NCBI GenBank assembly: GCA_051294375.1
Contig: CM119266.1
Location: forward strand, 12,145,484 to 12,209,483
DNA length: 64,000 nt
Source of the DNA: Paraspadella gotoi
Taxonomy: Eukaryota > Animalia > Chaetognatha
Direction: 5' to 3'
The notes under the pieces were generated by a model. That model had not been told where the DNA came from. It worked only from the letters and a program-made list of their open reading frames with translations, and made no database searches. Positions 53,895 through 64,000 of this stretch are shown piece after piece (position 1 is the stretch's first letter; each line of letters begins with the position of its first letter). A program made the position numbers and the translations under genes.

Positions 53895-54000
53895 TCTTTT
53901 TATTTTTATTTTTCTATTCTTTTTCTTTTCTTTTTCTTTTCTTTTTCTTTTCTTTTTCTTTTCTTTTTCTTTTCTTTTTCTTTTCTTTTTCTTTTCTTTC
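53895..54000. repeat. (TTTTTC)n/(TTTTC)n tract
   Basis: A directly visible penta/hexanucleotide pyrimidine repeat. Confidence 0.9.
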
Positions 54001-55384
54001 GGATTTGCCTTTCTCTCTCAAATGTTCATCTTCGCTACTTTTTTCCCCGTTCGTCTCCAGTGACCGATCAAAAAAAAAAAAAAAAAAGGAAAAAAAAATC
54101 ACAGAAAGAGTATTTTATTTCCGGATCTGGTCGAACGAGCGAAACTCCTCCCTCCACACACACAAAAACAGACAAAAAACATAGAAAATAAATATAAACA
54201 TTCGGACGCCATCTTTTTCTCGTGGCATTTCCCGCCGCGGATCCGGTTCCCTCGTTTTTTTTTTCTTCAATCGCGGAAACAAAACAAAAGAGCAACGCTC
54301 GACGCGCCATCTTGCGGAGCAGCTGCGTCTCTCGTAGGCGTCGTCGCTTCCGCCAACGTATTTGGGCGGAGTTTTTTTATTGGTATATTTTGCTTTTTTC
54401 TGGGTTTTTGTTAATTGTATTTTTTCAATTCTTTTTTTTTTTTGAATAGGTTTGCTGATTTCCCGGAGGTTCTTTCTTGTTTGACTAAAGCGTAACATTT
54501 TGGCCCCTTTTATAATTTTTTTTTATTTTTCTCTTTCTTTTTTTATCTTTTAGTTTTGCGTTTGTTCGATCGCCAGCCTCTCTGTTTTATGCGTCCTTCT
54601 CGAACTGAATGTTCTCTCTTCCGTCATCCTTTTCTCTATCTTCTTCTTTTACATCATCTCCTTCCGCTTCCTCTTTATTTCCTTCCTCTCCTTCTTTTTC
54701 TCCTTCTACTTTACAACAACAAAAAAATCTCTCTTCTTTCTTTTTTATTCTTCTTTCTTTCTTTTTCTTTATTGATCTCTCCGCAGGTTGTCGACGTCAT
54801 TTTCTCCTCTCCTCAGTTTTTCCAACCCGCCCCTCCACGACCATTTCACCCAATCCGCTTCGTTATCAACTTCTTGCCCAAACCTCCCCCTGCGCGCCCC
54901 CTACGCGCCCCCCTCGCGCCGTGGGCACCGTTTACAATTCTGATTTGGGCACCCGGCGGTCCCGGCACCATTGCCAACCCATTTTCTCTTCCCCGCGTTC
55001 CCGGCAATCTTTATATTCAATGTTTTCTATGGCCGATACCGAAAACTATTACGGTACCGTTTTGTTGAACGTCAATTGCACTTATGGTCGTTCTATGATT
55101 TATATTGTTTGCATACAGTCACTCCCGATGTTGTACACAAATTGTAAATAACGTGATATTTTCCTACTTCTTCCGTGGGATAACATTCTGCCTTTCTTAA
55201 TTTTTTTCTCGTTACCTCCTTTCTCCTTTAGCAAACTTTGGGCATTCCCTGCCAATATTCATTTTACCCTCTTACCTCCTACCGTTTCCTCCCTTTATTT
55301 TCCTTTCTTTCCTCCCTTTCTTTCCTTTCCTTCCTCCGGAGCTGCCTCCTTTACTTCCTTCTTCTCCATGGATTTTATCGTCCT

Positions 55385-55520
55385 CCTGCGGGTCCAATAA
55401 CCCACTCATGACCCGCGCCCCTATTCTCCCCCGCCGCCGCCGCCGCCGCCGCCGCCCGCCGCCGCCCGCGCACCTTCTCCGGCGCAGCCGACTCCGCCCA
55501 CCCGCCGGCGCCGCGGAAGA
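55385..55520. repeat. GC-rich island with (CCG)n trinucleotide run
   Basis: An interrupted (CCG)n run at about 55431-55468, with CCAAT at 55394 and a CTCCGCCC GC box at about 55492 nearby. Confidence 0.85.
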
Positions 55521-55530
55521 GAGAAAATGT

Positions 55531-55608
<78 letters not shown>

Positions 55609-56152
55609 ACGTTTTTATTCAAGTTTTCGGGCGAAGGGCTAAAATCGGTTTTTCTCCCTCATCCAAACAAAAGACAATCTCATTTGCAGCCGACATTTTG
55701 GGTGGCGCTTCGACGACGGAGACACCAGCCAGAAATTATCTCTCGCGTTCGATAGATAGAGTGAATCGCGGTCAGGACGAAAGAAGTGTGACTTATGAAT
55801 TATGGGTGAATTTTTTGATGAACGCCACTGAATGGCACAGTATTGAATTTTAAAGATTCAATTAATAACATTTTAAAAATAGACCAACTATTTTTTTTTC
55901 TGATGATTACCGTTTCTTCTCAACGAGTTTGCCATTAATACAGCAATGCGATTTATTCTGATCGTTTACTGATTAATGTTTGCATCAAAACTTCTTAATG
56001 TATTCTGTTTTCAGACGACAAAGGAGGAAAAAGAATAAGACCTCGCTTTCTTAAGATTAAGCTCGGCCCATGGTTTCTGCCGATTTCAATAGAATGTCTG
56101 AGGGAAAAAGATGGAAACGGGAAAGAAGGAAAACCCAAGTCTTGAGAGAATC

Positions 56153-56225
<73 letters not shown>

Positions 56226-57046
56226 AAGATCTTTGGGGGGACCTGAACACAAAGCTGGGAGGAGGTGAGAACATCGGAAATCTGAGGAGATCGTTCGATG
56301 AAAGACTTGGACGAATATTTGAAGATTGAGGGTCGAGGGAGGGAAATTGAGGTCGAAATTGGGGTGGGCTGGTGGGCTGGTTATCTGCGTGGTGGTGGCG
56401 AAGGGGGCGTTGATATAAAAGGTGTCAGAAGACATAATTGAGCGAGTCGTTAAACGAGTCATTGAAGCAATAATTTCAAAGACGTTTCGCTCGATTCTGG
56501 ACGAGATTAAAATTTTGAGTCCTTGTGGTTCATTTTTGTTTCCGCTCCACTCGATTGGAAATAACAAATAAATATCTTCTATTTGGCGGGTTTATTAAGT
56601 TTAACAGTTTATTTATAAACTATAAACATATCTTGCGCCAAGACTCAAAGAAGCCGAGATATGCAGAGAAGTTGTTTTTAAGTAATTAAACTTTAATCAT
56701 TTTATTTTTATTCTTTTTATGATACGTAAATCATCCGTATTACCTATTAATAGTATTGAATAGTATTCATCAACCATCTAACCTTACCTTTCTTCATTCA
56801 ACAACCAAGTAATTTATACCCCCTCGGAAGAGGTAATTTCTTCCGTTCCATTTCTCCATTCGAGAAAAGGAAACAAGTTTTTTGAATTGTACAAACGAGT
56901 TCATCAACTTCACGGACGAGAAAAGAAGTGGCACCTAGTTAAGAAAAAAAAAACAGGGTTTTTTACGCCCGGTTCCTTTTGTGAGCGTTTGGCTCTAAAG
57001 AGGAAAGGGAGGAAAGGAAAGGAAAGTTGGTTTGGGTTTGGGGATG

Positions 57047-57097
<51 letters not shown>

Positions 57098-57198
57098 AGA
57101 GAGAGAGAGAGAGAGAGGGGGGGAGAAAGAAAGTACAATGGAGAATTTCATCTCCCTTCAACTTTTTTTAACGGTTCATTTTTTTTCTTCTTATTGTG

Positions 57199-57241
<43 letters not shown>

Positions 57242-60084
57242 CACCTCCTCCCCCCTCTGCAGAGATTTCTGCGAAGGCCCGTACTCTCTTCGGTCGTCGC
57301 CGTGTTCAGTCAAGTAAGATGGAAGAGAGTCAGACGCTCGTCGTCTCTATCATCTTCTCCCATTCAGTTTTTCTCGCTCTCCTCTGTGTGTGTGTGTGTC
57401 TCCCTCATTTTATATTCTTCCATTTAGCAAACGGGTCCCAACTCTCGCTCTTTCCTAATTCTGACGTATATTGCTTAGATTGCAAAGTTGCTGCCAGATT
57501 CCTCCAGAATTTTTTCTGACGCTCTCTCTCNNNNNNNNNNCCTCCCCCTCTCTCTCTCTTTTCCCAACCCGATCTTCATCTCGTCCTCCTCCTGCTGAGT
57601 TTACATCTCTAGGCTTAGGAGCTCTTGATCTTTATTCTACGTCTATCGGCTTTCCGATCTCTCTTCGATATCCAACTTTATGCACTAAACTCGTTGGCAT
57701 GGCAGTCTACCATTATTCCTTGCTCTTCCTGCTATGACTAGGCATTCTTTTTTAAACATAAGATAACGAAAAATCCAAAAATGACAATGAGCTGGCATGT
57801 ATTCCATCTCTTTTCAGTTTTACATCAGATTCAGCAAGATTCTTTTCTTTCCTGTCAGAAAGGAGCTTTATCCTATTTTTTTTCTTTTCGTTTTCATTAC
57901 TTGGATGTCGCTCGCCGTATCGAAAGTGTTCCATCAACTAATTTCTTCATACCGCGTGTAATATTACAATTGGAGACTTCTGATATCTTTTGATATATCT
58001 TTAAATATTGCCAAACATGCGTTCATTAAATCAAACTCTTGACTTAGTCGATTATTTCTCTCCCATTGATGGTTCAAAGACCCAAATACTTCCAACGCCT
58101 GATGCAAAGTTTATTACGAAGGCAGACGTTGAGAATTTTCAATTTGTTCCGCTGCCACCGCTTTGTTCTCCGTTGCTGTGGAATCGAATATCTTGTTTCC
58201 AGTCGAGGTAATTTCCCTACCAAATGAAAACCTAAACGCGATTATCAAAACAAAGTATTCAATGTTTTTACCAAAAGTTTTTTTCCCGCAATCAATTCAT
58301 CAGTCGCAAAACTTAAGCAATCATTTGAGAAAGTAATTTACATTTTCGCCCTCGGCAATTAATTCCACGACCGAACGCATTCTTTCCAACGTTCTCTGCA
58401 ATTCTTCCGTCTTGTGAAAAGACTCACCGATCACCACTCTCTCTTGTCACGACTCACCGAGCCCACGTTCCATCATTAACTTTCTTTTCACCATTCCATT
58501 CACACTTTCCTCTTTTCTCCAATCCCCCACCCATTCTCCTTTCTAATCGACAAGACGGAAGTCTCGAATATTTAGCCTTTAATTGGGCGCCTCCTTTTCT
58601 TTTCTTTTTCCTCCCTTTTTCATTTTCTTTTTCCTTTTCTTTCTTTTCCTGCTTTTCCTCCTTTTCTCTCTAGTGAGTGTTTGCCGTACGTGTCGCGCGT
58701 CGAGCGTCGACTCTTTTTCTTTTCGAGTTGTAGTGAAAACGTGAGTCGGTTTCACGTTTCACGGAGGCGGAGGCGATTGTGAGGGGGGTTGAGTGATTGT
58801 GGGTAATGATGGGTTAAAATGGGACGGATTGTGGTCGAAGCCGTTGAAAGCGGCGACAAGAGAAGTTGATACCTAATGCTGATGTCCATACCATAGTACA
58901 TAAGCGGGAAAAAGATGGGGTGAGATGGCGGCACCATAATATAGAGCTAAAATTTTTTCCCCCATTTTTATTTAAAACGAATTTATTATTTTAGCGTCGA
59001 AAAATTCTCAATTTATTTCGACGGCAGAACAGGCTGGTAAAAAAAAAAAACATTTTTCGATTTCTTTACGAAATCCGGATTAAAATGTAAAAAGGGGAGG
59101 AAAAAAAAAAAACTACGCTGATTGTCTGGCTGCGGCGGAGAAATGGTCGTGACATGCCGAGCTTAAGATTCCGATTTTGGTGTTGCAGTTGTAATTGTAG
59201 TTTTCTAAGCGACGCTGGCGTTGACAGCCTCGACCGAAGGACGAAATGACGTTTCGCGGGTGACGTGGGCGTGGTCGCGTTTTGTGGGCAACGTGGGCGT
59301 GGTCGCGATCGAAAATACGCGAGAATCTGGCGAAGACGAGGATCGTAAAGTGGCTTCGTCCTTTGATGGGCGTTGACCGAAGATTGGAACCCATAGATGC
59401 CGCTTTAGTCTCGTTGAGGAGAAAAAAAAAAGTGAATCGCATCGAGTGTCCTCAACACTAGAAATCAATTACTTTCTTTTTCTTTCCAGCTTTTTGAGTG
59501 TTCATTAAAAGTTAGAAATACTGTAGCCATTACAACATATATGTCCCCTGGACTTTATGCTCCCTCTCGACGGAATGATTCGCAACAAAGGCCGACGTCA
59601 ATAAAGTCGGAGAAAAGATAAAGACCTCGACCGCCCAGGCTTCGATTCCATTGGACCGTCTCGGTTCCATTCGCCGCTCATCGGACTTGCTTTATTTTTT
59701 ATTTTTTTAAAATCCATTCCAATCCTTCTGCTTTTTTTAACAACCCCTTCCCCCCCCAGTCAGTTAAGGGGAAATCAAGCGTCTCGCTTTTCTCACATAT
59801 TAATTTCATTCATCGCCTCCCGCCTCGACCTCGGCCGCCACTCTCTCTCTTGCGCCAACCGCCTCACTCGACTAATCCGCGTCATTAACTCTGCCAATCG
59901 AATCACCGCGCCCCCCCTTCCCCCCCTCTCTCCCCGCGCCGCCGCCGTCCACGAGGACCGTCGCCCCGCGTCGCCGACTGGATTTTTTCCCTCCTTTTTT
60001 CAATTAAAACGATGTCCGTCATTTATTTCTATTTTTTAGATTGTTTTTTTTTCAATTCTATTGTTGGTTGTCGGTCGAATCGCG

Positions 60085-60420
60085 TTGGTTTTTTTGTTGT
60101 TGTTGTTGTTACCGACGCTAGGCGTCGGCGTCCTCGTCGTCGGCATTATCGTCATAGGTGTCATCGTCGTTGTTTGCATCGTCAGCGCCATCGGTGTCGT
60201 TGTCATCCGCGTGTTAGGCGTCATCGCCGTCATTGTCATTATCGGCGGCATCATCTTTACCATCGTTGGGCATCATCAAAGTCGTCGTCGTCTTCATCCT
60301 CGTCGTCGTCGTTTAAAGCGAAGTAGGCATCGTCGTCATCCTCGAAGGCGTCATCACTGTTGTTGTCGGCGTCGTCGTCATCGTCGTTGTTATCGTCGTT
60401 ATCGGCGTCGACTTCGGTTA
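60085..60420. repeat. Degenerate (GTC/ATC/GTT)n low-complexity tract
   Basis: The reverse-strand equivalent of the GAC tracts. It generates the V/I-rich and R/H-rich ORFs. Confidence 0.9.
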
Positions 60421-60518
60421 TTGACTCTCGAGACTCGAGCCGCTCGTTATTTCTCCAGAGGACAACCGCGCAGTTTTTCCGGTTTGGAAAGAGAGAAAAA
60501 GGAGCCTTTGTTTATGAA

Positions 60519-60594
<76 letters not shown>

Positions 60595-63055
60595 ATCGCC
60601 GGTCGGCCTCCAGGCTCCATTTAAAAGCCATGTTTTTTATTCAAATCAAATTTGTTTACACGAGGCTTAAGGAAGGCGGTTGATGAAGACTTGGAAGTAA
60701 AAAGATAAAAATAAACCTCTCAAAAGAAGTTTTATTTAACTGAATGTGAAATTGGGAGGTGAGAAACACGAACAGAAAGTTTATCACGCTCTAAGGAACT
60801 GGGTAGGAAATAAACTTTAAAGGTCTGACTTTTCAAAAACATGATGATGACCACGTTAAGATAATTACGAAAATATTTAATTAATTAAGTTAATTAATTA
60901 ATTAATTAATTACGTTAAGATAATTACGAAAATGATTATCATCGTTAGGATTAGTTTGTGCCAATCGCTTTAGGTACGAGCAATCTTCGACAACCCATCG
61001 AGTTCACTGACTTATACAATGATTTTAAAAAACGGTTTAACTTTTAACCATCTTTTATTTTTTTTAAATGAAGTTCGTTTAATGAAAAAAACAACCTTTC
61101 CGTGAGGGCGTGACGCCTTTACGCCCGTGACGTCGACCGTGAACTGACCCCAGTTGGTCGAGGCGATCATCTTCGCCGCGGTCGTCGCCACCGTCGTTTC
61201 GCCGTAACCGGTAGGTCACCGCTCCATCGCCGCTGAAATATCGCTTCGGTTCGTCGCGCGGTTAACGAACCGACGAGCGCGTTTCTCTCTCAGCGCCCTC
61301 TTTTCCTTTTTTTTTTTTTGCGCCATTTCGTTTCTCTCTTGTCTTTTCTTTCTCATTCGAGGTTCCGTTTTTTTTTTGTCCCCGTCTTTGTCTCTGTTGT
61401 CTTTTCCTGGTCATTTGAGATCGACAATTAGATACCCTTTTTTTCTCTCTCTTTTTTTGTTGCGGAATTTCCATCGGGCGGAAAGGGGAATGCTCATTTG
61501 TAATGGCATACTATGGGCATGGCATGGTTTTTTCCGTTCTTTGTTTTAAAAAAAAATCATTTAGTAAGTACTCAAAACCTCGGCAATGGTTTTAAATAAT
61601 TATCACTAATTCACACGGCTTTAAAAGGTAAAAGTTTCACACCGATCTTCTTCCCGCGTCAACTCCGTCTTTTGTTCGTCCCGCTGCGCGTCGCTGCGAT
61701 CGGCGACTCTAAGGGTAAGCGGCTTTTTTGTCTTTTATTTGTCATCGTTCTGTTTTCGTTGCTTTTGATTCGCTTTTCATCGGGGGAATTGGATTCTGAT
61801 TCTGTATTCAGTTCTTCTCAATGGTTTCAGAGTCACGTGACGAGGAGGAAGAGGAAGAGCAGAATGAGGAGGAGAAAGAGGGGAAAGGCAACGGTGTGGG
61901 AGGGAAATGGGAAAGGAAACTGATTTTTTTTTCTAACTCGGCCGTGCGAACGAAAAAAAAAGAAGTAAAATTCTAATTTTTTTTAGAAGGGACCTGAGTT
62001 TTTAAATATGTATAAAGTGAAGGCGACGAAAGAAAAATATGGAAATAAGGTGATTGCGAAAACCAGGGTAAAGAACAAGATCTAGAGANNNNNNNNNNNN
62101 NNNNNNNNNNNNNNNNNNNNNNNNNNNNNNNNNNNNNNNNNNNNNNNNNNNNNNNNNNNNNNNNNNNNNNNNNNNNNNNNNNNNNNNNNNNNNNNNNNNN
62201 NNNNNNNNNNNNNNNNNNNNNNNNNNNNNNNNNNNNNNNNGAAGTGAGAGGAGAAAGAGAGAGAGAGAGAGAGGAGAGAGAGAGAAGAGGAGAGAGAGAG
62301 AGAGAGAGAGAGAAAAGGTTGAAGTGGATTTATTCGTGTTGTTGGCGGAAAGGATGGAAGCGAAGTTGAAGTAAAGAAGAGGAAGAAAAGAAGAAGAAAG
62401 AAATAAAATGTTAGGGACGGGAAATGATTTGGACAGGCGAATGAGACGAGCGGGGGAAGGAGGGGTGGGGAAGGAAAGGGAAAGAGATGGGAGGAAAGGA
62501 AAGAGATGGAGAAAAGGGATGGGAAGGAAAACATGACAGAAAAGGATTGGGATAAGGAAAGAAAAGGTAGGAAAGAAAATAAAAGAGAAGGAGGAAGATA
62601 ACTAGACGNNNNNNNNNNNNNNNNNNNNNNNNNNNNNNNNNNNNNNNNNNNNNNNNNNNNNNNNNNNNNNNNNNNNNNNNNNNNNNNNNNNNNNNNNNNN
62701 NNNNNNNNNNNNNNNNNNNNNNNNNNNNNNNNNNNNNNNNNNNNNNNNNNNNNNNNNNNNNNNNNNNNNNNNNNNNNNNNNNNNNNNNNNNNNNNNNNNN
62801 NNNNNNNNNNNNNNNNNNNNNNNNNNNNNNNNNNNNNNNNNNNNNNNNNNNNNNNNNNNNNNNNNNNNNNNNNNNNNNNNNNNNNNNNNNNNNNNNNNNN
62901 NNNNNNNNNNNNNNNNNNNNNNNNNNNNNNNNNNNNNNNNNNNNNNNNNNNNNCTACTTGAACAGCAAAACGGTCTCTAATATGTAGTACTCGGATAAAT
63001 GTGGGAAATGAATTTCGATCTCCAAAAGACAGTATGAGGTGGAAGTCAAAAAATG

Positions 63056-63152
<97 letters not shown>

Positions 63153-64000
63153 GAGATGAGTTTGTCTGTCGTTTTCGGAAAAGCCGAAGCTCATGGTGCC
63201 GACGGAGTCAATGAGTTTGACCCGGTTCTCGCCTAAAACGATGTCTTCTGTGAGAAAAGGAACGAAGAGACGTCGTGGGATTTTCGAGACGTCGTCGTTG
63301 TTGTTGTCGTTGTCGTCGTCTTCGATATTGGTTATTATTCGTCTCGCGATTTCTCGCGTTTTTATTCCGATTCTCATTTGCATCAATCATCCGTTTTTGA
63401 TATTCATCGACTCCTCGTTTAAACTTAATAAAAATGTCTTTTCTAATTTTTTCATATAAAATTTTTCATGATCTTTCTCTCCTTTTCATATTCAGTTTTA
63501 AAACGATTAGTTGTCTTTTTTAAATTCCCCTTCTTTTTTTCCTTGCAAGAGAAGATAAACATATAGATTTACAAAAACGGCCATGAAACCAAATTACATG
63601 GTGACAATTTTACAAGCGCCGGTAGAAATACGCTGTCATTTGCAAACCAGTTGTTTTTTCATTGATTTTAAAAATTAGTTGAGTAGAACATATTAAAGTC
63701 ATTTAAGTGTTCAAATTTAATATTGATCAGTTAAGATATGCCTTGGCAATGAGTGGAGAAAGTTGGCTTGTAAAATCGGGATTCATTTTCCAACACTGTT
63801 TTTAAATTCAATTTTTTTTTCAATTTTTAGCTCTTTTTTAAACAAAGTATTTATTAAGATATTAACAATATTAATATCCTCAGAAAGCCCTTAAAAAAAT
63901 GAAGAGAATGATATACTTAAGAAAGCTCTAACATAAAAATTAAGCTGCCCAGCCTTGTTAAATTAAGAGAGTCAAAAGTTAATTATTTAAAATTTCAAAT

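Noticed and set aside
59490-59621. Possible terminal exon after TTTTTCTTTCCAG (LFECSLKVRN...KSEKR*)
   Set aside because: The acceptor context is good, but such motifs are abundant in this pyrimidine-rich DNA, and I see no partner exon or homology.
60061-60624. 187-aa ORF resembling a multi-pass membrane protein with an Arg-rich tail
   Set aside because: The V/I/G and R/H runs are simply frames of a degenerate (GTC/ATC)n tract followed by (GA)n.

Overview
This is non-coding eukaryotic DNA: AT-rich, with CpG-rich patches, and most like an invertebrate intron or intergenic region. It comes from a gappy draft assembly with 17 N-runs, four of them exactly 25 N. I found no credible protein-coding gene, rRNA, intact tRNA or CRISPR array. 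Most listed ORFs are read-throughs of (GA/TC)n, (TTTC)n or GAC/GTC tracts or of N-runs, and none shows a recognisable domain. Three multi-copy segments dominate the window: about 3 kb x2, about 0.85 kb x3 (one inverted, one partial), and about 4.5 kb x2 plus a 1 kb third copy. Their indel-type differences and ends at 25-N gaps suggest long-read gap-filling or haplotype artefacts. A ~6 kb satellite of ~500 bp composite monomers, several minisatellites and some transposon relics are also present. The best-supported biological features are a 429-bp solo-LTR-like insertion with a 4-bp target duplication that splits a 62-bp minisatellite unit, a ~410-bp dispersed element in opposite orientations, a DINE-1/Helentron-like relic, and junctions compatible with a ~10.8 kb inversion. 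I could not support a novel multi-gene system from this sequence.
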